From: Geobacter metallireducens GS-15
GTDB taxonomy: Bacteria > Desulfobacterota > Desulfuromonadia > Geobacterales > Geobacteraceae
Direction of reading: 5' to 3'
NCBI RefSeq assembly: GCF_000012925.1
Contig: NC_007517.1
Coordinates: 3,900,001 to 3,932,000 of the forward strand
DNA length: 32,000 nucleotides
Shown here: piece by piece, positions 1 to 10,409 of the stretch
Layout: each line of letters begins with the position of its first letter
Numbering within the stretch: position 1 is the stretch's first letter
Translations under genes and position numbers: made by a program
The notes under the pieces: model-generated
Told to the model about the DNA's origin: nothing
What the model saw: only the letters and a program-made list of their open reading frames with translations
Database searches by the model: none

Positions 1-67
1 CGGAGAGCCGCTCCAAGGAGTTGAGAATATGCTCTTCATCATCCACGAACAGAATTTTGGCACTCAT
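1..67 (-). CDS. Response regulator receiver domain, N-terminal fragment (gene continues past the left edge)
   Basis: The minus-strand ATG at 67-65 overlaps the TGA (66-64) of the upstream kinase as ATGA. Translation is MSAKILFVDDEEHILNSLERLS, a typical receiver N-terminus with a DD acidic pair. Confidence 0.6.
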   Translation of the reverse strand, partial: MSAKILFVDDEEHILNSLERLS

Positions 68-3000
68 AGGGGTTCCTCCCCATTGAAGACAAGAACGATT
101 CCCTCCTGCTCCCCCTCCTTGAGATACACCCCCAGACTCCGGACTCCGGCGACACCGGCCAATAGCCGGCACATGGAGGTCTTTTCCCGGGCGAGCTCGT
201 CAATGAACGCACAGATCTCCGGCGACAGGGCTTCGGCTGCGCCTCTACCGACGACTGCGTATTCATCGAGCCCCAGAAGCCGCGCCGCACTCCGGTTGCA
301 TTGGACCACCGTCCCCTCCGTGTCCATCCCCAGGACCCCCACCGGCAAAGCGTCGAGGATGTTCTGGGCGGCACTGAGGGCCCGGTTGCGGAACAGGACT
401 TCCTCGGTCCGTTCGGCAACGATCGCCTCCAGGTTCTCGTTCATAAGGACGAGCTCCTCGTTGGACCGGCTCAACTCATCAAGGAGCTTGGCGTTATGCT
501 TTTGGAGCTGGTACTTCTCCAGGGCGTTTATCACTGTAACCCTGAGTTCGTCGTCGGTCCACGGCTTGGGGACGAACTTGTAGATCTGCCCCTCGTTGAT
601 GGCGGCGACAATGGCGGCCGTGTCGGCATACCCCGACAGGACGATGCGGACCGTGTCGGGCCACTGGGTACAGACCTTACGGAGAAAATCGACCCCGTTC
701 ATGACCGGCATCCGGTAGTCAGAGATAACGATCTGCACCGGGGACTCCCGCTCGAGGATTTCCAGCCCCTCGGCCGCCGACGAAGCGGTAAGGATGTCGT
801 AGTTGTCGTCGAGGAACATCCGTCCCAGCGACCGGAGCACGTTCATCTCATCATCCACACAGAGAATGCGTACCTGTTCGTCCATATCAGTTCCTCTCCC
901 GGACAGGGACCGCACGGTGAAGGTGGTCCCCCGGCCTTGCTCGCTCTCCACGGTAATCTCGCCGCCGTGCTTCTTCACGATGTCGTAGCTGATGGAAAGC
1001 CCGAGCCCCGTCCCCTTTCCCACCTCCTTGGTGGTGAAGAAGGGCTCGAAGATCCGGGCTCTGATCTCCTCGGGAATCCCGCAGCCAGTGTCGGAAATGG
1101 CAATGAAGGCGTCCTCCCCCTCACGCCAGGTCCGGACGGTAATCTCTCCCTGGCTCTCGATGGCATGGCCGGCATTCACGAGGAGATTCATGAATACCTG
1201 GTTGAGCTGCTGGGGGTTGCACCGCAGGGGAGGGACGTCGCCGTACTCCTTCTTGAGAGTCGCTTTGTACTTCAACTCGTTCCAGACGATGTTGATGGTG
1301 CTGTCGAGGCACTCGCGCAGATCCACCACCTTCACCTCTGCCTCATCCACCCGGGAGAATCCCTTGAGATCCTGCACGATCTTCTTCACCCGCTCCGCCC
1401 CGTCGAGGGATTCGGTGATGAGGCCGTCGATGTCTCCCATGATGTACTCTATCTTCAGCGTCTTTTTTGCTTGGGCGAGGCGCTGCGACACCGCTTCCCC
1501 TTCCAGTTCGGCGATGGTCTCATCCTGGGCGGCGATGAATTCCCGAATCCGTCCCAGATACTTACCGAGGGTTCCGAGGTTGCTCATGATGAAACCGATG
1601 GGATTGTTGATCTCATGGGCCACGCCGGCGGCCAGCTGCCCGATGGAGGCCATTTTTTCCCGCTGGAGCATCTGTCCCTGGGCCTCCTTCAACTCGCCGT
1701 AGGCCTTCTCCAGGGCTTCGCCGACCTTTTTCAGCTCCGTGGTATCGTGAAGTGTGACGACGCTCCCACTCATCCCGCTTTCATTTTTTTGTCTGAAGGG
1801 GTAGATGGCGCAGAAGAACCAGCGTTCCGTCAACCTGTGGAAGAGCTCTCCTCCCTCTTGGGTGAACCGGATCCTCTCCATCTCGGGCGAGAGAACGATC
1901 GAACGCCACTCTCTCCCAAGGACATCCTGGTAGGGAAGACCGGCAAGCTCGACGACGGCCCGGTTGCAGCGCCGGATGTGTCCTTCGTTGTCCGTCAGGA
2001 TCACCAGGTCGCCAATGCAGTCTAGTGTCTGCTCCCACTCCTTTTTGGCCATTTCAACCTCCATGAACAGGGTGGATAGTTGCTTGTGTTTTTGCGCGAG
2101 GTCCCGCTGACTTTCGCGGAGTTTTTCCGCCGCCCGCCGGCGGTCGGTAATGTCGTAACAGACCCCGATATACCCGGCGAAAGCGCCGTCGGGCTCCTGG
2201 AAGGGCCTCCCCGTGTGCACAATCCACCGGTAGTCACCATCGTGGCAACGCAAGCGGTATTCCATGGAAAATGGTTCGCGACTGTCGAACGCCCGTAGAT
2301 ACGTGGAGACGCACCGTTCCAGGTCTTCCGGGTGGACCCCTTCGGCCCACCCGCCCCCCAGTTCCTCCTCCAGGGAACGGCCGGTGAACTGGAGCCAGGT
2401 CTTGTTGAAATAGTTGCATTTCGCATCGGTGCCGGAACGCCAGATGAGGGCCGGAAACTCCTCGAACAGGGTGAGGTAGAAATCCTTCAGGAGAACCACG
2501 CTGTCCTCGGCGATCTGCCGGTCCGTGATGTCGTGGAACGTCTCGATGGCCGCCACCAGCTCCCCCTCGGCATTTCTGATGGGGGCGGCGTCGAAGAGGA
2601 TGTAGCGGTTCTTGCCGCCGAGGCCCAAATACCACCCCTCGGCCTGCATACCCTCCTTGGCCAGCTGAGAAGGTGAAAATTTCTCATAGAGTTCCGAAAG
2701 GGTTGCCTCCTCCCCGCAGTCAATGATCACATCCGCCAGGGTGGGCCGCCTGCCGCAATAAAACGGCTGCCATTGCCGGTCGGTGCCGATCATCGTGGCC
2801 GCCGGGTATCCGGTCAGCTCTTCGCACGCCTTGTTCCAGAAAAGGATCCGGTTCCGGCTGTCAAGCACGAAGATGGGGGCTGTCGCGCTGCTGATGAGAT
2901 TTTCCGCGAAGTTTTTCTGGGCGATAACGACATCAAGGGCCATCTTCTTTGCCGAGATATCGCTGAAGCTCCCCCGGACCCCGATGAGCTCCCCGGCTTC

Positions 3001-4395
3001 ATCGTGGACGAACCGGCAGAAATGGCTGACCCAACGTACCTCGTTCGCCTTGGTGACGATGCGAAATTCCAGGGGAGTTGCCTGGATTTCGGTACCCACA
3101 GTCTCCTTGTGCTCGATCCACAGGTCACGGTCATCGGGATGGATGATCCGGTCCATGAGCCCTGGGTCGGCATAGAATTCGGCGTCCGTGTACCCCGTGA
3201 TCTGGAAGCAGTGGGGAGAGACGTAGGCCATCGTGCCGTCGGAATTCCGCCAGACCGCCATGTCCGTGGAGAAATCGGCCACCACCTGGTAGAGCTCCTT
3301 GCTCCGCTTCAGCTCCTCCTCTTTTTTTTCCAGCCTAGCCACCATGGCGTTGAAGGTCTCGGCCAGGGTTCCGATCTCGTCCCGCGACGGAGCGGAGAAA
3401 CGCCTCCCTTTCGGCGACATGTCGCCGAGGTTGGCCACATGTCTGGTGAAGTGAAGGAGCGGGGCGGTCAGGTACGCCATGGTCAGCCGCACAACGAAGA
3501 TCGACAGAAGAATCGCCCCCACGAGTGCAGCAAGTAAGTACTTTTTCACAGCATGGACCGGGGCGTAGGCCTCATCCACGGGATAGTGGGCAGCGATGGT
3601 CCAACTGGCGTTCCTGAGCCTCTTGAAGGATGTGATCCCCCTGTTTCCACGGGACGTCACATTCTCCATGCTCCCCTCGAATCCCTGGAGTGCCCTCTCG
3701 AAGCCGATGTTCTTCCCGACGGGCACTGTCTCCAGTATCCGCGGACTGTCGGGATGGGTAATGAGTCGTCTGTCGGCGTTGAATGTATAGAGATACCCGG
3801 TCTTGCCGACCCTGGTCTTTTCTATCTTTCCCAGGAAATTGTCCTTCAGCAGGTCAAAGCTCCCGGCCAGGATACCGGCAAGCTTTCCATCGGTCCCGAA
3901 GAGCGGCACGGTGAACATGACGGCCGGATTCCGGTGCTGCCTGGTGGTGCAGTAAGGGATGGAAATGTGGGGGCGGCCGGTGGCAACCGTCTGGCGGAAG
4001 TATTCGCGGTAAGAATAGTCCTTTCCCAGGAGGTTCGGCTCATGGGGGGTCGCAGCCATGAGCGTTCCCTCCGGAGAGAAGAGGGAGAGGCCGTCGTCGA
4101 AGACCGAGAGGGTTTCCGCGCAGCCGTCGAGGTATCTCTGGGCCTTGAGTGGGTCTCCATATGCGTCCAGAGGCATCCGCTTCGCCGTCTCCCGGAGGAG
4201 GGCGCTGCTGGTCGCCAGCTCGTCGTCCACCTCGTCGGCCAGGGACGATACCAGCGTAAACTGCTGGGCACAAATCAACCGCTTGAACTCCCCTTCAAAA
4301 TACCCGTAGGAGAAGAATGCCAGAGAGGACATCAGCACGGCCACCAGGAGAAAGACCGTGATGCTCATCTTCGATTTCAGGCTCAAGGGTCGCAT
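64..4395 (-). CDS. Hybrid multi-sensor histidine kinase (TM, Cache-like periplasmic domain, TM, HAMP, multiple PAS, HisKA, HATPase, receiver, C-terminal coiled coil plus PAS-like domain)
   Basis: 1465-aa ORF; the likely start is MRPLSLKS at 4395 (the ORF maximum is 4461). Motifs seen: H-box [18 protein letters not shown]-box NLLVNAGHAI, G-boxes DTGCGIP and GTGLGLS, receiver ILCVDDE...ISDYRMPVMNG...KP, HAMP DEIGTLAETFNAMVARL, and two TM helices flanking a ~270-aa Cache-like region. Confidence 0.9.
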   Translation of the reverse strand: MRPLSLKSKMSITVFLLVAVLMSSLAFFSYGYFEGEFKRLICAQQFTLVSSLADEVDDELATSSALLRETAKRMPLDAYGDPLKAQRYLDGCAETLSVFDDGLSLFSPEGTLMAATPHEPNLLGKDYSYREYFRQTVATGRPHISIPYCTTRQHRNPAVMFTVPLFGTDGKLAGILAGSFDLLKDNFLGKIEKTRVGKTGYLYTFNADRRLITHPDSPRILETVPVGKNIGFERALQGFEGSMENVTSRGNRGITSFKRLRNASWTIAAHYPVDEAYAPVHAVKKYLLAALVGAILLSIFVVRLTMAYLTAPLLHFTRHVANLGDMSPKGRRFSAPSRDEIGTLAETFNAMVARLEKKEEELKRSKELYQVVADFSTDMAVWRNSDGTMAYVSPHCFQITGYTDAEFYADPGLMDRIIHPDDRDLWIEHKETVGTEIQATPLEFRIVTKANEVRWVSHFCRFVHDEAGELIGVRGSFSDISAKKMALDVVIAQKNFAENLISSATAPIFVLDSRNRILFWNKACEELTGYPAATMIGTDRQWQPFYCGRRPTLADVIIDCGEEATLSELYEKFSPSQLAKEGMQAEGWYLGLGGKNRYILFDAAPIRNAEGELVAAIETFHDITDRQIAEDSVVLLKDFYLTLFEEFPALIWRSGTDAKCNYFNKTWLQFTGRSLEEELGGGWAEGVHPEDLERCVSTYLRAFDSREPFSMEYRLRCHDGDYRWIVHTGRPFQEPDGAFAGYIGVCYDITDRRRAAEKLRESQRDLAQKHKQLSTLFMEVEMAKKEWEQTLDCIGDLVILTDNEGHIRRCNRAVVELAGLPYQDVLGREWRSIVLSPEMERIRFTQEGGELFHRLTERWFFCAIYPFRQKNESGMSGSVVTLHDTTELKKVGEALEKAYGELKEAQGQMLQREKMASIGQLAAGVAHEINNPIGFIMSNLGTLGKYLGRIREFIAAQDETIAELEGEAVSQRLAQAKKTLKIEYIMGDIDGLITESLDGAERVKKIVQDLKGFSRVDEAEVKVVDLRECLDSTINIVWNELKYKATLKKEYGDVPPLRCNPQQLNQVFMNLLVNAGHAIESQGEITVRTWREGEDAFIAISDTGCGIPEEIRARIFEPFFTTKEVGKGTGLGLSISYDIVKKHGGEITVESEQGRGTTFTVRSLSGRGTDMDEQVRILCVDDEMNVLRSLGRMFLDDNYDILTASSAAEGLEILERESPVQIVISDYRMPVMNGVDFLRKVCTQWPDTVRIVLSGYADTAAIVAAINEGQIYKFVPKPWTDDELRVTVINALEKYQLQKHNAKLLDELSRSNEELVLMNENLEAIVAERTEEVLFRNRALSAAQNILDALPVGVLGMDTEGTVVQCNRSAARLLGLDEYAVVGRGAAEALSPEICAFIDELAREKTSMCRLLAGVAGVRSLGVYLKEGEQEGIVLVFNGEEPL

Positions 4396-4533
4396 GTGCT
4401 TGCCTTTAAAAAAAATAGTTACAGCTAACTTATCGGCAAAAGTAGCCGATTCCTTTAGCATGTTTCAGACTGCGTACATCAAGTATCACCGAGGCCCATC
4501 CTCATGACCGGTTCACGGCCAACAGCCGGCGTT

Positions 4534-7500
4534 CTACCCCTGGCCAGCAGCGCATGACGGCAGACGGACGACGAAGGTGGTTCCCTTCCCCTGTTCGCTG
4601 GTCACAGTGATCTCACCGCCGTGCTTCTTCACTATGTCGTAGCTGATGGAGAGCCCGAGCCCCGTCCCCCTTCCGACCTCTTTGGTGGTAAAAAACGGCT
4701 CGAAGATCCTCGCCATGACATCGTCGGGAATCCCGCAGCCGTTATCCTCGATGGCGATGCTGACCCACCCCTCTTTCGACCTGGTCCGGACGGTGATCTC
4801 TCCCTGGGTTTCGATGGCGTGGGCCGCATTTACGAGCAGATTCATGAAGACCTGGTTAAGCTGCTGGGGGTAGCAGCGGAGCGGCGGCAGTTCTCCGTAC
4901 TCCTTTTTCAGGGTTGCCTTGTACTTCAGCTCGTTCCAGACGATGTTGATGGTGCTGTCGAGACACTCGGTCAAGTCAACCACCTTGTATTCAGCCTCGT
5001 CGACCCGGGAAAAACTCTTGAGATCGGCAACAATCTTTCTGACCCTCTCGGCCCCCTCCAATGACTCAGTGATGAGGTTCTCCAGATCGTCGGCCACGTA
5101 GTCGATTTTGAGCCTTCGCCGCTCAGCCTCGATTTCCTTCCGCAGATCAAGGTGACTTTCCGCTTTCTCTGCAATAAACGCCATGAATTCCAACAACTTG
5201 TCCCCATACTTGCGCAGCGTTCCCAGGTTGCTGGTAATGAACCCCATGGGATTGTTGATCTCGTGGGCCACGCCGGCCGCCAACTGGCCGATGGAAGCCA
5301 TTTTCTCCCTCTGGAGCATCTGGGACTGGGTTTCCTTCAGCTCGGTGTTGGCCTGCTCCAGTTCAAGGGCAGACCGCTTGGCCTCGGTCACGTCATGGAG
5401 CGTAATGACAGCGCCCTTCTCCGTTCCAGTGCCGGTGAACGGATAAGAGGTGAGCAAGAACCACCGATTTGTTTCCCTGTGGTGTATTTCACCTCCCCCG
5501 TTCGCGTAACTATCGGTTTCCACCTCAGGAAGAATAACAACCTCGGGCCACGGTCGGCCAATCAGCTCGTCCACGGGCTTGCGGGCAAGCTCGGTCACGG
5601 CGCGGTTACACCGCCTGACCCGACCGGCGGCATCCGCCATGATGACCAAGTCACCGATACAATCAAGGGTGAGCTCCCACTCTTTCTTTCCTTGAGCCAC
5701 CTGGAGAAAGGCACTTTTGAGCTCCTTGTGCTTCGCGACAAGCTCCTCCCGACTTCTGGCCAGCTCCTCCTCCGCCAGCTTCCGGACCGTCACGTTTTCA
5801 TGGGCAACAACCACGAGGGGTGGACCATCTCCCGAAAAGCGGGTGACGCGCCCGACAAACCAACATTTCTCTTCGGGGGAATGGCAGGAATATTCCCGGG
5901 AAAAAACGGCAGCTTTCCCCTCCAGCACGTTCCGTATCCCTTGGGCAAAGGATTGCGCCGTCTCGGCATCCTCACCGACCGCCGCATCGCAGACAGCCAG
6001 ATAATTGGCTCCTTCGTTCACATTGTTTGACAGAGGTGGATTGGCCAGGACGAACTCCCGCCACGCTTTGTTGACTGCAACAATGGTTCCCGTGGCGTCC
6101 AGAATGGCGATATGGCTCGACAGGGCATCGACCGTGGAACGGGCAAAGCGCTCCGACTCCCTTAGCGCCTCTACCGCTCTCATCCGTTCGGTTATGTCGA
6201 GGGAGAAACCGATGTATCCGGCAAAGTTGCCGTCTAGATCATTGAAAGGTCTGCCATTGTCCTCGATCCAGCGGAATTCTCCGTTGCGGTGGAGAAGTCT
6301 GTATTCCATGACATAGGCGCTACGGGCGGCGAATGCCTTCGCAAAGCAGTGCTCAACCTCCGGGCGGTCGTCGGGATGGATATCTTCGAGCCAGCCGTCT
6401 CCGAGAGCTTCGGCGGATCTCCTACCGGTAAACTCGAACCATGTCCGGTTCAGGTAGTTGCACCGTCCGTCGAGGCCCATCCGCCAAATGAGGGTGGGAA
6501 ACTCTTCAAAGAGTAAGAGGTGAAAATCCTTGGCCCGCTCCAGTTCCCCCCGCTGCTGCTCGATCTTCCGGACCATGCCATTGAACGCCCGGGCCAGATC
6601 GCCAATCTCGTCGGGGGTATCGACGCGTACCAGCCTGTCCGCTCCGTTCTTTTCGGCCATGTCCCTCACGTGCCGGGTCAGGGAAAGGAGGGGGGCCACA
6701 ACCCTTCCCATTACGAACCAGACAACCATCGCGGAACAAAACATGGCGGCCGCCAACATGATCCCGAAGTAGAACCGGACACGGTAGAGGGAGTCATACG
6801 CCTCCTGGAGGGGAAGATGAACCGCGAGAATCCAGCCGGCCGAGGAAAGTCGCTTGAACGATGTGAGGCCGCGCACGCCGCTTGCGTTGGTGTTCTCCAC
6901 GGTTCCCTCGAAGCCATGGAGGGCCTTTTCGATTCCCTCGTTGGCGCCGACGTGCAGTGTTTCCAGGATCCGGATCCGGTCCGTATGCATGATGAGAGTA
7001 CGGCGGGAATCGATAACGTACGCGTATCCGTCGCTCCCCACCTTCAAAGCGGTAAGCTCGCCGAGAAAATGCTTTTTGGTGACATCGAGCCGTCCCGCCA
7101 GCACCGCGACCAGGCTTCCGGAACGGTCACGGATGGGAGCGGCCACTGTCAGGCAGGGGATCGGCCCGTGGGGCGAAGCACAGGCATTCGACACGGCTTT
7201 TCCCCTCACGAGGAGATCAATTTCGTCGGGAGATATTTTCCTCAGGGCAGCATCCCGGGAGGTGGCCGCGACCAGGGTGCCGTCAAGACGGATCACATAC
7301 ATCCCTTGGTCGAAAAATGTCTGGAGTTCCTGCTCGAACTCCAGAAATTCCCGAAGACCGGCCGGATCGTTCACTTCAGCGGGATTGAGGGCTGCCGCGC
7401 ACTTTGCGATCTTCTCCCTCGCCATGTCGACATTGTCGTCGAAATGGGCAGCCATATACCTGGCCAATGCGAACTGCTCGCTGGAGATCTGCCTCTTTAG

Positions 7501-7611
7501 CTCGCTGGAAATGTAGATGTAGGCAGGAACAGCCGTCAGCACGAGAAAGCCCGCCACAAGGCAACAGGCGATAACGCTCATCCTGGTCTTGATGCTCATG
7601 ACTTGTTTCAC
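4534..7611 (-). CDS. Multi-sensor histidine kinase (TM, Cache-like, TM, HAMP, 3-4 PAS, HisKA, HATPase); paralogue of the downstream kinase
   Basis: 1025-aa ORF. GTG start at 7611, with GGAG 8 nt upstream (7620-7623 on the plus strand). H-box [17 protein letters not shown] is identical to the neighbour. Also [24 protein letters not shown] and [21 protein letters not shown]. Confidence 0.9.
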   Translation of the reverse strand: MKQVMSIKTRMSVIACCLVAGFLVLTAVPAYIYISSELKRQISSEQFALARYMAAHFDDNVDMAREKIAKCAAALNPAEVNDPAGLREFLEFEQELQTFFDQGMYVIRLDGTLVAATSRDAALRKISPDEIDLLVRGKAVSNACASPHGPIPCLTVAAPIRDRSGSLVAVLAGRLDVTKKHFLGELTALKVGSDGYAYVIDSRRTLIMHTDRIRILETLHVGANEGIEKALHGFEGTVENTNASGVRGLTSFKRLSSAGWILAVHLPLQEAYDSLYRVRFYFGIMLAAAMFCSAMVVWFVMGRVVAPLLSLTRHVRDMAEKNGADRLVRVDTPDEIGDLARAFNGMVRKIEQQRGELERAKDFHLLLFEEFPTLIWRMGLDGRCNYLNRTWFEFTGRRSAEALGDGWLEDIHPDDRPEVEHCFAKAFAARSAYVMEYRLLHRNGEFRWIEDNGRPFNDLDGNFAGYIGFSLDITERMRAVEALRESERFARSTVDALSSHIAILDATGTIVAVNKAWREFVLANPPLSNNVNEGANYLAVCDAAVGEDAETAQSFAQGIRNVLEGKAAVFSREYSCHSPEEKCWFVGRVTRFSGDGPPLVVVAHENVTVRKLAEEELARSREELVAKHKELKSAFLQVAQGKKEWELTLDCIGDLVIMADAAGRVRRCNRAVTELARKPVDELIGRPWPEVVILPEVETDSYANGGGEIHHRETNRWFLLTSYPFTGTGTEKGAVITLHDVTEAKRSALELEQANTELKETQSQMLQREKMASIGQLAAGVAHEINNPMGFITSNLGTLRKYGDKLLEFMAFIAEKAESHLDLRKEIEAERRRLKIDYVADDLENLITESLEGAERVRKIVADLKSFSRVDEAEYKVVDLTECLDSTINIVWNELKYKATLKKEYGELPPLRCYPQQLNQVFMNLLVNAAHAIETQGEITVRTRSKEGWVSIAIEDNGCGIPDDVMARIFEPFFTTKEVGRGTGLGLSISYDIVKKHGGEITVTSEQGKGTTFVVRLPSCAAGQG

Positions 7612-7889
7612 GGAATTGACTCCAAGGGGAAAAATCGGCCACGGGCGGACTGGCGTACAGATTCAACGTGTATGGGCGCCAGACCAAAGAAGAAGCCTTT
7701 CACTAGCTTATCGACTTAAAAAGGAAAAACTGAAGAAAAGTCGTAGAGGAGGGGATGGGGGAATTCCTTGGGAGGCGATAAAAGATTGCCTGAGATAGCC
7801 CAACGTTGTTCCCAAGCGCCGGCACATAGAGGTGGCCCCGGTTAGTAGGACAGGTTGGCGGCCCAAATAAGGTGGATAGCCAGTTGTAG

Positions 7890-8204
7890 TCATGCCGCCA
7901 GTAAGAGCGACCGGCCGGCGTAGCCAGGCCGGGGTTTTTGCCAATATGCCTCATTCGGAGTCCGGTCGTCCAGACTGGAATGCGGGCGCAGCCTGTTGTA
8001 GAACTCGATCCAGTGTTTCAATCCTTGGCGAACCTCACTGCCGGTCTTGTAGGCTTGCAGGTAGATGCACTCGTACTTGAGGGACCGCCATAGCCGCTCG
8101 ATCATGACGTTGTCCCGCCAACGCCCCTTCCCATCCATGGAGATGCGGATATTGGCGTCCTTGAGCACCTTGGTGAATGCATCGCTGGTGAACTGGCTCC
8201 CCAC
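7890..8204 (-). pseudogene. IS3-family transposase, C-terminal (rve integrase core) fragment only
   Basis: Translation GSQFTSDAFTKVLKDANIRISMDGKGRWRDNVMIERLWRSLKYECIYLQAYKTGSEVRQGLKHWIEFYNRLRPHSSLDDRTPNEAYW is the conserved end of IS3-family OrfB. The N-terminal two thirds and OrfA are absent. Sequence 7825-7889 (rc ...TGTCCTACTAACCGGGGCCACCTC...) resembles IS3-type terminal sequence, so the remnant may extend to about 7825. Confidence 0.8.
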
Positions 8205-8560
8205 GCCTCATGCCCAAGCGGTGCCCGGTTCAGCTCATCGCGGTAGAGACGCCACTGGGGCATGAACCGATCCATGAGGGCCGTGAACCGATCGCTATGG
8301 TGCCGCTCCAGCAGGTGGGCCAGCTCGTGGACGACGATATACTCCAGGCAGGGGGCCGGTTTCTTGGCCAGCTCCAGGTTCAGCCAGATCCGAGGGCCGT
8401 GGTGTTGCAGACCCCCACTTGGTTTTCATCCGCTTCCCCCCCATGCGGCGGCCTGGACGACGATGGGTTCTTCCCATTTTTCCAGGAGAAGGGGGATCTG
8501 CTCTTTCAACTGGCGACGATGCGGTTTTGGGTCTTCTTCTCGATCTGACCTACGGGAGTC
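8205..8560 (-). pseudogene. DUF45 / YgjP-like HExxH zinc metallohydrolase remnant (5'-truncated, frameshifted)
   Basis: Minus-strand translation of 8208-8345 gives GPRIWLNLELAKKPAPCLEYIVVHELAHLLERHHSDRFTALMDRFMPQWRLYRDELNRAPLGHE. Upstream family motifs read RMKTKWGS in a different frame (ATG at 8429-8427) and LKEQIPLLLEKWEEP (8509 downward) in the original frame. This implies two frameshifts plus an in-frame stop. The N-terminal half is missing. Confidence 0.75.
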
Positions 8561-8580
8561 ATGCCTGAACTCCTCTCATG

Positions 8581-9952
8581 GGGCTCTTTAGCAGAATCTG
8601 TGGTGACACAGGGGTTCTGGCAAGTCGCCAAGTGTGTGATATAGCGCCACTTGCAGGCACTTGATGGTTCGGAAACCGTACGCTTTTCTGATAGTCAGTT
8701 TTGCTTTGAGGTTCAGACCCTCTACCGCGCCGCTGGAAAGTCGGCCTTTTGCCTTGAACCAGTTGAGAATCATCGGTTTGTGGTTGCGTAACATCCTGGC
8801 AACCTTCTTCATCGGTTCCAGGTCAGTTTGCATTGTCCTGATGACCCAGTCGTCGAGGAACTTGCCAGCAAAGTCAGACCGCTGGTAGTCCCAGAACTGC
8901 TGAAAGTCCTCGCGCAGCAGATATGCCTTGATTGATGAGAGGTTGAGCTTGAGCAAATCTCCCAATCGTGACGTCTGCTTCTCGGACAGATTTTCCGGCC
9001 GTTTCAGCAGCAACCAACGGCCCTTTTCCAGGACGTTCTCCTGCTTTACGGCCTTGAACTCCTTGGCTTCGGTGCGCCGAACCTCGTCAATCGCTTCGTT
9101 AAACTTCCGCATGATGTGGAAGCGGTCGAGGATGTTCACGGCATTGGGTGCCCGCTTGGCGATAACCTTGAGATACGGTGCCCACATGTCGCTGCAGACA
9201 TACTTGAGCTTGGCGCTGCGTTCTTTGCCGAATTCCCGAAAGAAGCGCAGTAGCGTTCTTATCCGACGTTGCGGACCACACCAGAGAAGACGCCTGACGC
9301 CGGCATTGAGCTGATAGACCATCGTAAGATACTGATGGCCCTTGAAGACGGCAATTTCATCAACACCGATTTCCGTAACGCCATCAAGGTTTCTGTTTGC
9401 CAGGCCGTAATCGACAGCATACTGCACCGCCCGAAAGATGCTGTCCCAACTGGTCTTAAAGATTTCGGCAACTTCCTTCCAGGAGAGTCGCCGAGCCCAC
9501 CGGGCAAGATAGACCTGGTACGAGATCGTCATTTGCTCTTTGCCATACCCCCAGGGGAGGGATTCAACCTTTACCCCATGGATTGGGCACAGAACCCGAC
9601 GGGGAGCGTAGCGAAAGAAGACCTTGAACGCCCAGATCGGCACATACTCGAACAGTCGGGCCGGTTGCGTGTCGTATGTCTTGCCTCGCTTGCCACATTC
9701 CGGGCATTCGGGCTTGCTGTTGCGACGAGCCTTGATGTCAATGACTAGTGCTTCTGAGCCGCCGACTTTCGCCAGTCGGCAATCTCCGTAAATGAAGGAC
9801 TTGAAACGCTCGAACTTGTTCAGTACAGTCTTGATAAGCATTGCTTCTCCCGTGTCGGACTTGATCGTTTCTCGCAAAAACAATCTTATCCTTCACGGAG
9901 GGGCAATGCCCTTATTTTTTCAGCCAACTACCCACAGATTCTGCGGACGAGG
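8581..9952 (-). mobile_element. ISL3-family insertion sequence, apparently intact (~1.37 kb)
   Basis: Terminal inverted repeats: GGGCTCTTTAGCAGAATCTGTGG (8581-8603) against the rc of 9932-9952 (CCTCGTCCGCAGAATCTGTGG), with a perfect 13-bp core GCAGAATCTGTGG. An 8-bp direct repeat CTCTCATG sits at 8573-8580 and 9953-9960, matching the 8-bp target duplication typical of ISL3. Boundaries are good to about +/-5 bp. Confidence 0.8.
8588..9841 (-). CDS. ISL3-family transposase
   Basis: 417 aa from MLIKTVLNKFERFKSF. It has a zinc-finger CPECG...CPIHG, a DDE region (GVDEIAV...CSDMW...) and the characteristic C-terminal ...LPEPLCHHRFC, which ends inside the left IR. Confidence 0.9.
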   Translation of the reverse strand: MLIKTVLNKFERFKSFIYGDCRLAKVGGSEALVIDIKARRNSKPECPECGKRGKTYDTQPARLFEYVPIWAFKVFFRYAPRRVLCPIHGVKVESLPWGYGKEQMTISYQVYLARWARRLSWKEVAEIFKTSWDSIFRAVQYAVDYGLANRNLDGVTEIGVDEIAVFKGHQYLTMVYQLNAGVRRLLWCGPQRRIRTLLRFFREFGKERSAKLKYVCSDMWAPYLKVIAKRAPNAVNILDRFHIMRKFNEAIDEVRRTEAKEFKAVKQENVLEKGRWLLLKRPENLSEKQTSRLGDLLKLNLSSIKAYLLREDFQQFWDYQRSDFAGKFLDDWVIRTMQTDLEPMKKVARMLRNHKPMILNWFKAKGRLSSGAVEGLNLKAKLTIRKAYGFRTIKCLQVALYHTLGDLPEPLCHHRFC

Positions 9953-9979
9953 CTCTCATGGATTCATTCTCCGGATGGG

Positions 9980-10339
9980 TCACGCCGGATAGCCCCAGTG
10001 GGTGCAGCGATGCAGAAAGAACCTGCCGGCAAGGCTTTCGGTCAGCCCCTGCTGCATCAGCAGGGCCGACGACCCGAGGATCAGGACACGGATCTCCGGG
10101 CCGCCGGACGCGGCCTCTTCGGCCACGGCACGGCGCCACTGGGTTTCGATCCAGGCCGAATCCAGCGGTACCAGGCTATCAGCGGTGGCGTAGATGGAGG
10201 AGATGCCGATGGATTCCTGAATCTGGCGGGTAATGGTGGTTTTTCCCACCTGCCGCGGGCCGATCAGGACGTGAACCACCGGCGTCGGGCGGGACAAGGC
10301 AGCGCGAAGGGGTGCTAAAAGGGGACGTTCGTAGCTCAT
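9980..10339 (-). pseudogene. P-loop ATPase (AAA_14/DUF4143-type), N-terminal ~119 aa only
   Basis: Walker A GPRQVGKTT and LGSSALLMQQGLTESLAGRF are typical of this ~400-aa family. The ORF stops after THWGYPA. The region expected to carry Walker B (hhhhDE) appears to be deleted. Confidence 0.6.
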
Positions 10340-10409
10340 AACCGCCTTGTATCATAGAGCAATTCAGAGCATAACCAATTTTACTCAGTCACTGAGTGAT
10401 TTTACTCCA

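Noticed and set aside
301-2025. 574-aa plus-strand ORF (and 2773-3537, 3553-4428, 5152-6030, 6520-7500) lying opposite the two histidine kinase genes
   Set aside because: These are antisense shadow ORFs, typical of high-GC DNA. Their products are low-complexity (Pro/Gly/Arg/His/Val/Asp-rich) with no recognisable motifs. The minus-strand frames carry complete kinase domain sets.
7703-7954. 83-aa and 78-aa minus-strand ORFs between the kinase operon and the IS3 fragment
   Set aside because: They overlap the IS3 transposase stop and the probable IS3 terminal sequence. Their composition is not protein-like and there is no start context.
8210-8548. 112-aa and 109-aa plus-strand ORFs (8210-8548, 8262-8591)
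   Set aside because: They mirror the minus-strand DUF45 remnant, whose HELAH motif and family-typical flanks are readable on the other strand.
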